Made by a program: the position numbers and the translations under genes. From the human T2T-CHM13v2.0 reference genome, Homo sapiens, in NCBI RefSeq assembly GCF_009914755.1, contig NC_060927.1: a stretch of DNA of 64,000 nt. One strand, given 5' to 3'. Shown one piece after another: positions 51,381 through 64,000 of this stretch. Positions within the stretch are counted from its first letter, which is position 1. Each line of letters starts with the position of its first letter. The notes beneath the pieces are model-generated. The model saw only the letters and a program-made list of their open reading frames with translations. It searched no databases and was not told the origin of the DNA.

Positions 51381-51994
51381 CATAAGTTCTTAATATAAAG
51401 TAAGAAAAATCAATATGTTCACTATTCTGTTAATTGCACACAAATTATTTTTTCTTTAAAATTCAAAAGTGATTGAGGCAATAAGAAAAAAATACATAAA
51501 ATTAAATTGGAGTTTTCCAATTTTGAGAGTTGTTTGGGTTTTTAAAAAAGGTTTCAAGTAAGGGTAAACAACAATAAAAATTCCTTCTACAAAGGCAATT
51601 TGAAGAACCACTGCTGCAATCACTTCAAGTAAAACTATAGCACTCAAAGAGCAAACTCTTCACTCACTAACCAATAATATAAGCCAAACAATAAGCATAT
51701 TAAAACACCATGATAGGAAGGGAAAAACTATCCTCCAACATAAAATAAATTTAGTTACACAAATTTAAAGTTGGTCAACACTCCTTCTTTAATATAGCCA
51801 ATTAGCAGCATGTGAACAACTATTCTCTCCTTTACAGACTTTCTTAACTTAGCCTACAACACTTGACCCTGATTGCTTCTCTTTCTACACTCTAACCACT
51901 ACTTCTCAGTCTCCTTTGCTGGATCCTCCCCTCCCCACAGCTCAGGCCCCAGACCTTTTTCCTGTAGCCATGCAAGTATTTTAAGTGAGACACT

Positions 51995-52734
51995 ATGACT
52001 CCACTCCAGGGCATTTGGAAAATTTGGAGGTGAGGAACACTTTTATTTGTCACAATGAGTAGGGGCCATGCTGGCACTGCAAGATGATAGACAATCTGCA
52101 TTATGTACATAGGCTAGTCATGCAGAATTAATAATAATAAGTAATGCAGAACTAATAATAAAATATCAAGTATTCTTAAAATCTTTTGAACATCACTGCT
52201 AGGTATTCATGTAGGGAATATTCATGCTTACAATCATCTGAGTTTGTGCATACATAGACACAAAATATTTGCTGCACTATTTTAGCATTCATTACATTTT
52301 TCAAGAATGTAATAATCTTGACAACTAAGGATAGATTGATATTTGTTTTGTTCATATCTTTACCAGGAACTTCCCACCACTTTGGAAAATTAATATTACC
52401 AATGGCAACACCATGTATGCCCTTAATGGTACTTGAGTTGCTAATTTAACACCCCAGCATTAGTCTTCATTTGTAGCTTTTACTTTATGCATAGAAGCAA
52501 GCTTTGACAAGTGTTATAGTTATAGTTGACTACGTATATATTGAAATACATATTATTTTCTTATAAATTACTTTCCTTTTATTTATCCATATTAATATAA
52601 TAATGACAGAATTATTTTGGTTTTGATTGGGTATATGTGAAGGTAGTTTATATTACTGATACATTTCATTATAGAATAGTAAAGGAGCATTATATATTTT
52701 CAGACATTGGATGAGATAGTGTTTGGAACCACTG
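51995..52734. mobile_element. Probable old hAT-Charlie DNA transposon remnant (MER20B-like)
   Basis: MER20-like start 'gggcatttggaaaat...ttgtcacaatgag...gctggca' and terminus 'gtttggaaccactg'. Confidence 0.45.
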
Positions 52735-52799
52735 GTCAACACAAACAGTTTCATGGCCTTAAAACCCCTCTTTATGCTGAGTATTCAAAAATTTTAATT

Positions 52800-53560
52800 G
52801 AAGGCTTAACTTCAAAAATATATCCAGAATCTGACCACTTCTTACCACTCTTACCATCAGCACACCAGTCAAACTGTCATCTTCTCTCCGCTGGGTTATT
52901 CCAACAGTCTCCTAACTCCATATCCCCATATCCTGTTATACACTCATTCTCCACTTCTGGTTTCCACAAAGCCATTAGCTTCTGATTGGGATTATCTTTT
53001 AAAATGCAAACTAGATCATGTCCCTTCTCAAAACCATCCAGGGCCTTTCAATTTAGCATAAAATCCACATCCTCATCATGGCCTCCAAGGCCCTAGATGA
53101 TCTTATTCTAGACCACGTTTCTAACCTCATTTTCTAACTACTCTCCCCTGCTGCTACACTACTCTGTGTTATTCCTCAAATACCAAACACATCCTATTCC
53201 AAGAAATTCTGTACTTGCTGTTTACATGGTACAGAATCTTTTTATATTCCCTCATTTATTTCTCATGACATGTGCTCTCAAGTCTCAGCTCAGATCTAAT
53301 CTCATCAGAGATGCCTTTCCTGATTCTATATGCATACTAACCACCATTACTCTCTATGTCTTTGTCTGGCTTTTCTTTTTCCTTATAACATGAATAACTA
53401 TCTGGCATATTTATTTTTTCATGCATTTGTTGTTTGCGTCTCACCATTAGAACGCAAGCTCCATAAGAGCACTGACTTTTTTTTATTTGCTGTTGTATCT
53501 TTACCACCTAGAATAAGGATTAGCACATAGAAGTGCCAATAAATATTTTGCTGAATGAAT
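52800..53560 (+). mobile_element. LINE-2 3' fragment
   Basis: 'aaatatatccagaatctgaccacttct' and the L2 terminus 'gcacatagaagtgccaataaatattttgctgaatgaat'. Confidence 0.8.
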
Positions 53561-53774
53561 TATGATACATTTACAATTAAAATTCCTATTAATATTAGAC
53601 TCATAATCAAAGATAAGATGTAATCATTTATAAATTCACCACGTTTGCCCAAGTGTGCTTTGTTTGTACCTCTAATGTAATGTATTTCATGTTACATTAT
53701 ATTATTTCCCAAAGAAGCATCAGCTACTTATCTGTGAGGTACTAAGCTCTAGAGCAAGGAAAATCTCTTGCTAT

Positions 53775-54838
53775 TGTTGCGGGAAGTCAGGGACCCCGAA
53801 TGGAGGGACTGGATGGAGCCACAGCAGAGGAACATAAATTGTGAAGATTTCATGGACATTTATTAGTTTTCAAATAATACTCATAATTTCTTACACCTGT
53901 CTTACTTTAATCTCTTAATCCTGTTATCTTCATAAGCTGAGGATCTACATCACCTCAGGATCACAACTGTGTTAACTGTACAAATTGATTGTAAAACATG
54001 TGTGTTTAACAATATGAAATCAGTGCACCTTGAAAAAGAACAGAATAACAGCGATTTTAGGGAACAAGGGAAGACAACCATAAGGTCTGACTGCGTGCAG
54101 GGTCGGGCAAAATAGAGCCATATTTTTCTTCTTGCAGAGAGCCTACAAACGGACCTGCAAGTAGGGAAGATATTGCTAAATTCTTTTCCTAGCAAAGAAT
54201 ATTAATAATTAATACCCTGGGGAAGGAATGCATTCCTGGGAGGAGGTCTATAAATGGCCGCTCTGGCAGTGTCTGTCTTATGCAGTTGGGATAAGGACTG
54301 AAATACGCCCGGGTCTCCTGCAGTACCCTCAGGCTTATTAGGGTGGGGAAAAAACCCCACCCTGGTAAATTTGAGGTCAGACCAGTTCTCTGCTCTCAAA
54401 ACCTGTTTTCTGTTGTTTAAGATGTTTATCAAGACAATACGTGCACCGCTGAACATAGACCCTTATCAATAATTCTGCTTTTGCCCTTTGGCTTGTGGTC
54501 TTTGTTGGACTCTTTATCAGTAGTTTCTGATTTTGCCCTTGTCCTGTTTCCTCAGAAGCATGTGATCTTTGGTCTCCTTTTTGCACTTTGAAGCATGTGA
54601 TCTTTGTGACCTACTCCCTGTTCTTACACCCTCTCCCCTTTTGAAATCCTTAATAAAAACTTGCTGGTTTTGTGGCTCAGGTGGGCATCACAGTCCTATC
54701 GATATGTGATGTCACCCCTGGAGGCCCAGCTGTAAAATTTCTCTCTTTGTACTCTTTCTCTTTATTTCTCAGCCAGCTGACACTTATGGAAAATAGAAAG
54801 ACCCTACAATGAAATATTGGGGGCAGGTTTCCCCGATA
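53775..54838 (+). mobile_element. MER11 (HERV-K HML-8) solo LTR, complete, antisense to PROS1 in intron 10
   Basis: Begins TGTTGCGGGAAGTCAGGGACCCCG and ends GGGGGCAGGTTTCCCCGATA. Perfect 6-bp TSD TGCTAT at 53769-53774 and 54839-54844. TATAAA at 54249-54254 and AATAAA at 54652-54657. Confidence 0.93.
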
Positions 54839-54988
54839 TGCTATAGTTCTAATGCCTTGAACTCAGGAACTTAGCATCAAAAGCACTCACTAAAAGCTTA
54901 CTGAATAAATGAGTGCATGTCTGCATAAATGAAGGACCAAAATAATTTAGTGATGACCTCACATGACTTCTCAATACAAACTTCTTGT

Positions 54989-55315
54989 CTGGGTGCAGTG
55001 GCTCACACCTGTAATCCCTGCACTTTGGGAGGCTGAGGAGAATTGATCACCTGAGGTCTGAAGTTCAGGACCAGCCTGGCCAACATGGTGAAACCTGTCT
55101 CTACTAAAAATACAAAAACTACCTGGGCATGGTGTCAGGCACTGATAGTCCCAGCTACTCGAGAGGCTGAGACAAGAGAATCACCTGAACCCAGGAGGTA
55201 GAAGTTGCAGTGAGCAGAGATCACTGCACTCCAGCCTGGGTGACAGAGCAAGACTCCGTCTCAAAATAATAGTAATAATAGTGATGATAAATAAATAAAT
55301 AACATAAATAAATAA
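54989..55315 (+). mobile_element. AluSx-like
   Basis: Alu dimer with a (TAA)/(TAAA) tail; 'acaaacttcttg' on both sides. Confidence 0.9.
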
Positions 55316-55579
55316 ATTGAGATCAGCACAAACTTCTTGCCAGCTCCTCTAGGCATAAAAGATGTCTCTTTTGTGCACCACATTCTAAGGTGAAGCCAAT
55401 CTTCTCTCAGCTATCCTCTGCTGATGGCAGCAATGACTCTATACTTCAGAAAAGACTTCTCCCCACTATCAACTAGCAGTAATCCCTTCAGAAAAGTCCC
55501 ACTTTAATCCAGTGGATTAAAGTGCTATTCTTGATCATTAGATTAAAGGCTATATGTAGGATTAAATTAAAATGCTAAT

Positions 55580-55872
55580 TTCTTTTCTTTCTTTCTTTCT
55601 TTTTATTTTTGAGACAGTCTTGCTTTGTCACCCAGGCTGGAGTGCAGTGGCGTGATCTCGGCTCACTGCAACCTCCGCCTCCTGGGTTTAAATGATTCTC
55701 CTGCTGGGATTGCAGGCGTGCGCCACCAAGCCTGACTAATTTTTGTATTTTTAATAGAGATGGGGTTTCGCCATGTTGGTCAGGCTGCTCTCGAACTCCT
55801 GATCTCAGGTGATCCACCTGCCTTGGCCTCCTAAAGAGCTGGGATTACAGGCATGAGCCACTGCGCCCAGCC
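55580..55872 (-). mobile_element. AluS with a short internal deletion
   Basis: Reverse Alu; TSD taaaatgct(a/g)atttct. Confidence 0.9.
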
Positions 55873-55940
55873 TAAAATGCTGATTTCTAAGCACACTGGT
55901 ACCTGCTAATGTATATCATTTGCACAAAAACTGACAACTA

Positions 55941-56062
55941 GGTCCGGTACAATGGCTCATGCCTGTAATCCCAGCACTTTGGGAAGCCAAAGTGGGAGGA
56001 GGATTCCTTGAGTTCAAGACCAGCCTGGGCAACATAGCAAGACCCTGTGTCTATTTTTTTTT
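55941..56062 (+). mobile_element. Alu left monomer (FLAM-like)
   Basis: A single Alu arm ending 'gcaagaccctgtgtcta'. Confidence 0.8.
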
Positions 56063-56207
56063 AAGGATTACTTATCTATCTGCTTATATTTGAATTTGAA
56101 TTACCTTTTTAGACTTGTTACTATGTTTATTTCTCCTTACTTTAAAAAATATTGTTGGCAATTGAGGAGTTTTCCTTGATCAGTGTTGTCTTTGCATAAA
56201 TTGTTAT

Positions 56208-56802
<595 letters not shown>

Positions 56803-57095
56803 TGTTAGGCCTCCTAATAGTCCCTAACACCACTGTTCACCAAACAGCAACTAAAAAAGGTAAAAAGTTAAAGACAGAGTAGTTCAAGCAAATAACTAAA
56901 AACAATGATTCTAATATATTAAGTGAGAATATTATTTCTCAGGATGCTTCAGGGATTTACAGTATGTAGAATATACCTCATATAGCATCAGATAACTCCA
57001 AATCCATTTTGGTTTGGTATCACTATAAAAATAAATTATGATTTTATACAGACTGCATCAAAGTGGGAAGATATTGATGAAATCTGCAAACGTAC

Positions 57096-57285
57096 CATAT
57101 TCCATAGACCATTATTAATAACATCACCTCCAGTTGTGATTTTGGATGTATGTTCATTCTTAAGCTGAACTTCAATCTTTCCACCACGAAGTGCAATCAG
57201 GAGCCACGCTGAGTGATCGATAGATTCTGCGTACAGTATCACGCCTTCTGAATCATATGTCCGGAAATCAAATTCTGCTGAAAAT
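57096..57285 (-). CDS. PROS1: Protein S exon 10 (LG1): FSAEFDFRTYDSEGVILYAESIDHSAWLLIALRGGKIEVQLKNEHTSKITTGGDVINNGLWNM
   Basis: 190 nt; gtttag|ATTT ... ATG|gtacgt. The FDFRT laminin-G motif is present. Confidence 0.97.
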
Positions 57286-59140
57286 CTAAACAATGGACAA
57301 AGAGAGATCCTTAAGAGTAAGAAATACAGAAAGCTCAATGCATTATTCTTTTTTTCTTGTACTGACAAACAGTAACACAGACAAAGAGTCAATTATTTAT
57401 TTCTTTTTCTGGAATTAATAAAAGAGAAGGGCAGAATTAGACTGCTCATGTATTATCTCTGGTTCCATGTACGTTTAAAATTAAGTTATTATATTTTCTT
57501 GCTTATTCTTGGAATCTTTTCCCCAGGGAACAGATGCTTTGGTAATTTGTCATCTTTCTTTGACATATATTTTGATAGCACCTTCCAAATGCTGAAATTA
57601 ATACACAGGTATAAGTATCAGGCATACTATATCTCTCCTGGAGCCTTTTATACACTATATAATCTGACATTAAGAAGTGGTAGTTTTTTTTGTTGTTGTT
57701 CTTTTTTGTTTGTTTTTGTTTTTGCTGTATCCATAAGTGATCATAAAATGTGTTACAATTTCATCGTTGGTTTATTCATCAAAAGGCATATTTTCCCTAT
57801 AATTTCACATGTCAGGAATCACTCGTGGAGATCTACAAGATGGCACATGGATGACTGCAGACATCATTAAGCCTTCATGTGTGGTAAGAAAGGTAAAATT
57901 TAAAAACTTAAAATATATCTATTAGCTTTCCTAAAACTCCAGTTGCATAAGTCACTGTTGTAGAATACACAGAAGGAAAACTTAAAAGACATAGTCTACC
58001 CATGTGTTTGGGGGGTATCTGAGTGCTGGCAACATCTGTTGCTATTAAGACTCTAGACATATATGTAGCTATTACAGGGGAGAAAAGTCTTAGGATGCAG
58101 GACTTAAAATAACATGTGTTGATTCAGTATCCTTAAAACACTTCAATGAGAATCAGCATTGAAGTTTCCAAGGGACTAGCAAATCCACATGATTGACGAA
58201 AGACAAACAGGGAAAAGGAACAATAGGTGTATAACTATTAGTCACCTAACTTAAAATAAAGGCAATTTAAGTTAAAGAGTCTGGACTTCAGATAATTGCT
58301 ATATTAGGCAGGACAGAATCCCACACTCTTACCGCAATATAGTAAAATAGTAATAGTAATAGAGGCACCATTTGCAATGGGGCACGTATCTCCCTCAAAT
58401 GGAACAAAGAAAAGGTGACAAAATGAATGTTTTCATCTTTAGAATTCCAAAGAAATATTTAAAAAGAGGTAAAATGTGGAGTAAAGTATGTTGGATGGAT
58501 AACAATGTAGTAGGAATTTACTGAACTCAGATTATGAAAAAAAGAACAATTTTGCTTGGAATAAGGACTTCTATGCTCTTTCATAATTATCTGAGCATTT
58601 TGCTGATGTGAAGCAATATTATCTTGCCAAAATCCAAATCTGTGTATGCTCAGGATCTTCCAGCAGTTGATTCTATTATGGAGATAATTTCCTTTTCTTT
58701 GTAAAATCAGGCTGAAATCATAGTTTCAAAGGGTCATGTTCTGCATATTTTGTTTCTGGAATATATCAGCAGCATATTGATTCATTACAATGGGGAACAA
58801 TTCATTCTTTTTCACAAGCATGGTAAACAGGAAAATAGAATGAATTTGTTGACATTTACGGAGGGAAAGTATTTGATCATGAGCAACAGACGTCAAGAAA
58901 TTTGCAAAAATAAATAAAAGCACTAGCTATTCTTTGTGTTGATCACACAAGGGGCAGTTTATAAAAATTCATCAAGCTATACATTTAATCTAATGTGTAC
59001 ATATCGGTACATACTTTATATTTCAATGAAAAGTTTAAAATAAATAAATAATAAATTCTGGAAAAAATAATTTGTCCAATTCTGATCCCATGTTAGAGAT
59101 CAAACTACTATGAATCGTCAGTGAGAAATGAACAAACTCC

Positions 59141-59440
59141 TGGAGATTGGCTCCAGGACCTCTGGATGGTATCAATATCCACAGATGCTCAAGTCCCTTA
59201 TATAGAATGGCATAGTATTTGCATATAACCTATGCACATCCTCTCACGTACTTTAAGTCGTCTCTACATTATGTATAATACTCAATACAATGCAAATGTA
59301 TGTAAATAGTTGTCATACTGTATTGTGTCTCATTTGTATTATTTTGTATTGTATTGTCATTGTGTTTTTTTCTGAATATTATCTACCCGAGGTTGGTTAA
59401 ATCCACAGATGAGGAACTCAAGGATTTGGAGGATCAATTG
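59141..59440. mobile_element. MER2 (TcMar-Tigger) element
   Basis: 'gattggctccaggacc...atgctcaagtcccttatata...gtatttgcatataacctatgcacatcctc' is typical of MER2. Confidence 0.85.
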
Positions 59441-59887
59441 TATTCCTAAAAGTGTTATTTACTAGAACTAATATTTTTCTCTCATTATTATTCTCATAGC
59501 AGGGAAGAGTTTTCTCCAATCTCTATCATTAGAAGATATTAGTTGCTCTGTGATGTTAAAGGAAAAAACCACATATTGGCAGAAATAAAGTGTGGAAGGA
59601 GCACTGTTACTTAAGTATTTATGTAAGTTATTGATCTTAGAATAATTTTCAATGTTTTTAATAACGTCTATGAATTTAGTTGAATTATTTAATGAATAAT
59701 CATTCATGTATCTAACATCAAGTTCTAAACATACATGCTTATTTAATTAAAATATTTTAAAATTTGAACTGTATAATCTGTCTCAAGTATTTTGCCTTCT
59801 CATTATTCCAAAAAAAATCCAATTTCTTTCTTCTACTTCCAGCAATGTATGCTTCTGAGAAAATCTGATAACTGAAGTACAATTATG

Positions 59888-60154
59888 GCAGATCACCTGA
59901 GGTGATCACCTGAGGTCAGGAGTTTGAGACAACCCTGGGCAACGTGGTAAAACTCTGTCTCTACTAAAAATACAAAAATTAGCTGGGTGTGGCAGCTCAC
60001 ACCTGTAGTCCTAGCTACTCAGAAGGCTGAAGCAGGAGAATTGCTTGACCTGGGAGGCGAAGGTTGCAGTGAGCCGAGATTGCGCCACTGCACTCCAGCC
60101 TGGGGAACAAAGCAAGACTCTGTCTCAAAAATAAATAAATATAATAAAATAAAA
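59888..60154 (+). mobile_element. 5'-truncated AluS (intron 9)
   Basis: Starts at ggcagatcacctgaggt, with a 13-nt tandem duplication of gatcacctgaggt, and has an A-rich tail. Confidence 0.9.
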
Positions 60155-60738
60155 ATTGGATCATAAACATTGCTATAAAAATAAGTGGAATCATGACTAA
60201 AAAACATAAGCATTTACTTCATTTCTGAACTCAATCTAAGTACGATAATAATGGATAAAGTATTTAGACAGCCAACTAAAATTATGTAATATATGTCTTT
60301 AAAATGCCACTTAAGCAAGTTTAAATTTTTTCCTTAATAATTTTGAATATAATGATATTCTAAAAGCAATACTGAGTATTTTTTATTACCTGGTTTTCAT
60401 AACATGTGTAAAGAATAATGGAAATTTCACAAGTACATTAAATCTACTTTCCCAGCTTCTTAGTAAATATGCATTTTCTACAAAAGGAATAATATGGAAT
60501 AATGTAAAATGTTCATTGGGGAAAGTCAGCCTAGAATGACTCAAAAAGGTTTTAGGATGAAAATTACATGTGTGAAGGAGTAAATTAACTTTAGGTTTCC
60601 CCAAGTCATCTGATTGGTAATATGACTACATTATCTGATAGGTAATACAATTTCACACACTTCAAACCTTTTCGGCCACTTTTCTTCTGCCCTTATCTGC
60701 TTAACCTCTAGAAATTATCATTGGTATTGGTTCCTCAC

Positions 60739-60854
60739 CTGCTGATTTCTGGCAAACGAAATTTTAAATATAAAACAACCCCTGCAAACTGCTCCGCCAA
60801 GTAAAGTAATTCATACTTTGTGTCAAGGTTCAAGGGAAGGCACACTGAAACAAC
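60739..60854 (-). CDS. PROS1: Protein S exon 9 (start of the SHBG-like region): VVSVCLPLNLDTKYELLYLAEQFAGVVLYLKFRLPEIS(R)
   Basis: 116 nt; ttccag|GTT ... GCAG|gtgagg. Confidence 0.97.
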
Positions 60855-62610
60855 CTGGAATAAAAGAAACCAAATAAACAACAAGAAAATCAAAATGCAC
60901 AGGTTATTGCTTAATGTTTGTGTGAGGTCATGCATTTTTGTTTGGTTACTAATGTATCATCTGTAATACACTAAAATAATTAAGAATATTTTTGGTAATA
61001 ATAAATACATATCTTCCATTTCCTTGTATAGTCTATCTATCAGTATAACCTCCAAGAATACATGTGTTTTAAAGCCTCGTTCAATGTGCATGGCTTTCGA
61101 TCTTTGTCTTTAATACTTCCTTTGCAAATTTTCGTCCTAAACACAAACTCTTTCTTCAAGAACCAATATATATTTCTTTAATTAACAGTCAGGTATATTA
61201 TCTCCCATGAATTATGTCTGAAAATTATTTTTATTTGAAGTCAGAAATAGGTGTAAGAATTAATGTACCAATAAACAGCACCTCATTCATTCACTCATTC
61301 ATTTATTAAGCAAAAGTTTTCTGAGCAAGAATGTGCTATCTAGATAGTAAAGGGAATACTGGAAAACATGAAGGAAATAAATATAAATTCAGATCTCATA
61401 GTCTCCAAGGAATTTACAAGAACATTATTTAAAGTCATCACATATGGTATCAAGTATTTTTTTTCTACGAGTGAAAACAAACATTAAAATGAAAAGCTTT
61501 TAACATACAAATTATTGAACACATATGAGGATATTTTGAGGAGAATTACGTACATAGCACTATATTAAATATAGGCCCAGAAATAACATTTTATTTCCCC
61601 TTAAAACTTTAATAAATCTATTTCAAGGCAGACGGTGATATGTAACTACACCAAATACAGAAATAATAAAGGACTAAATTACAAAATAGATGTTCACACA
61701 GCATGGCATTTCAATTAAGTAGTAACGTACCAAAATTACAACAAATGCCAACTAGCTTATTACCAAGTAGGTTGCATATTATTGAATGTGACATTTTTCT
61801 GGACATATACAGCTTTGTTTTGGCAACAGCTATAGAGGTATGTATGTATACTTAGTTAAATCATTATTTAGGCATTTTTTATGGTCTGCCTCATAATAAT
61901 ATATAATTTTACCTTCACTTGTCAAAAAAAGATGCAGGAAAAAAAGAGCTCAGATGGTGACATTTATTTCAATGAAGTAAAAATGAGCACCTACCCCCAA
62001 TATTCAATTCCTGGGTCAATTATGCATTAAATCTAAGTAATTAAAAGCAAGTTTGAGAGACACAGATTAAGAAATCAACCTCTCTGAATTATGATATACT
62101 TAAACCCCACTAAATCCTAGAAATGGTTAAAAGGGTACATTAAAACTGCACTTGTACCCTCTGAAATTTTATGAGCACTTTATAAACCCTATAACGCCTA
62201 AGGCATGATCAAACTAGTCAGAGTGGAATCCAGAAAAGTAGACACTGGAAAATGTTTTCACTGAAGTTTCTATGAGAGATTTTTTTTCACAATGAGGGCT
62301 ATTAAACTCAGCTTTTCTTGATTTCTTAAGTAAACATACAAGTTGTATTTTATAAATGTACAGACTACAGATAAGTACTCTCTAAACTGTGACTCTACCC
62401 TCTTTTTTTTAAACCCAGCCACTAATTATCCCCAATGTTTATGACTTACATGACCATAATTAGTAAATAATCATGACTCATAACCTGCTTAAAGCTACAG
62501 CAATTATTGCAGAACGTCTGTATTTTCCTGACTTAGCTATGTGAAAATAAGTATCTAGGATCTCTCATTTTAGAAAACAGGTGAGAAGTTAAGCATTGTA
62601 AAATGTTTAC

Positions 62611-62732
62611 CTCACAACTCTTCTGATCTTGGGCAAGTTTGAATCCTTTCTTCCCATCACAATAGCAAGTGTAACCTCCAGGGTAATTGACACAAAGCTG
62701 AGCACACATGTTCTCAGAGCATTCATCTATAT
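62611..62732 (-). CDS. PROS1: Protein S exon 8 (calcium-binding EGF4): (D)IDECSENMCAQLCVNYPGGYTCYCDGKKGFKLAQDQKSCE
   Basis: 122 nt; cctcag|ATA ... GAG|gtaaac. Six cysteines, the DIDEC motif and the C-x-N-x4-Y-x-C beta-hydroxylation consensus. Confidence 0.97.
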
Positions 62733-64000
62733 CTGAGGTAAAAAAAACACACGCACACAAACTTTAATATCCCCTAAATGTTCAATCTTATAGGCAGAGG
62801 AATATTATGATTGTAGTATGATATAATCAATGATAATCGAACCTTAGGGAAAGAAATACTATGACATCAAACTACATTTAAACATAATACTGAACATGGA
62901 AATTTAAACGAGTTACAAGTATAGTTTTTATTTACATATTTGAAACAAAAATTAATTTATAACTTTCAGTGATTAAGTAAAGTATAACAATTCTACCAAA
63001 TTTCTCATTTTGAATTTGAAGAAAAAAAAGATTGAGAATCTCAACTTAACTGTCATTTCTGATCATTTGAATTTCATTGAGATTACCTCACAATTCATTG
63101 CTTTGAAAAAAAGAAAAAAGAAATGAGAAGGGAAAGAGGAAGGGAGAGCATGATGGGGAAGTAAAGGAAAGGAAAGTTAGGGAAGGGAAGGGAAGAAAAG
63201 ACCCCTTTAACTGAAGGTTGATACAATCAGGAATTAAATGACAATATCAAGAACATTGGAACACTCATAATGCGATAATTAATGTTGGCAGTGAATTTAG
63301 GGAAATATCTGTTTTTTTTTTTTTAAAAAACCTCACTGTGATGTAATCTCCCATATTATGAAATCTTCTATATGGTCCCTGTCCCTACTCCATATTTTGA
63401 GAAAATCATTCTTGGAAATTTATAATATTATGTTGAAGCAAACATCTATCTCAGAGTTATATAAGATCATTGACATTTTCATTGGATATGCCCTATGACC
63501 TTTAAAACTCCACAAGCTCATAAATGCTATTATTGAATATGTTCTCATAAAATAATTTAAAATAGATTCCCAAAATTAATAATCCTTAGTATTAAAATTG
63601 CATATTATTAAAGTTATAGATAAGAGTCATATATAAATCTTTTTAAAAAATATGTCATTCATTAAATAAAACTACAATACAAGTGATGAAGTTGGCTAAT
63701 GATAATTCCGCAGACATCTAGAGTTTTCCACGGTAATTTCTATCTGCAATGGTGAGAAAGGAGAAATGTGTTGCGGGGGCTGGCAGGGGAATATTTTTGG
63801 TGATTGCAAAAGGAGATGATAGGACATCAAAATCTCAAAAGCAGCATACGTAGTTAAAAAATATATTGTAAAATTATTATTGATTTAGGCAACTTCATAG
63901 AGACAGAAAACAAGATTAGAGGTTACCGCCATCAAGGTAACTAATAAAAGAAAACTCACTGCTTAATGGTTACTGCTTAAGAGTTTCTGTTGGGGCTGAT

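Noticed and set aside
57448-57870. 140-aa ORF antisense to PROS1 intron 9
   Set aside because: Low-complexity F/L/I-rich composition from T-rich intron sequence, with no domain.

Overview
This is human genomic DNA. The right 27 kb (about 37,220-64,000, minus strand) is the 3' half of PROS1 (vitamin K-dependent protein S): coding exons 8-15 (EGF4 plus the two laminin-G/SHBG-like domains) and the 3' UTR. All eight exons are open, have GT-AG junctions and splice into one frame ending WKKTKNS*. This argues for the functional gene rather than the PROS2P pseudogene copy. The left 37 kb is gene-free downstream DNA dominated by transposable elements: a dead L1PA3/4-type 3' half, a full-length but disrupted L1PA5/6-type element with target-site duplications (TSDs), MST/MLT LTRs, Tigger/MER DNA transposons, L2 and many Alus. 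It also holds a U6 snRNA retropseudogene and an unusual palindromic AT-rich minisatellite. I see no convincing evidence of a new multi-gene system. The best leads are regulatory or structural: an intact MER11 solo LTR with HNF4/GATA-like motifs in PROS1 intron 10, a human-specific AluYb8 near exon 11, inverted Alu pairs bracketing exons, poly(A) signal choice coupled to miR-494 sites, and the palindromic minisatellite. Repeat subfamily names come from remembered consensus sequences and their boundaries are approximate unless TSDs are given.
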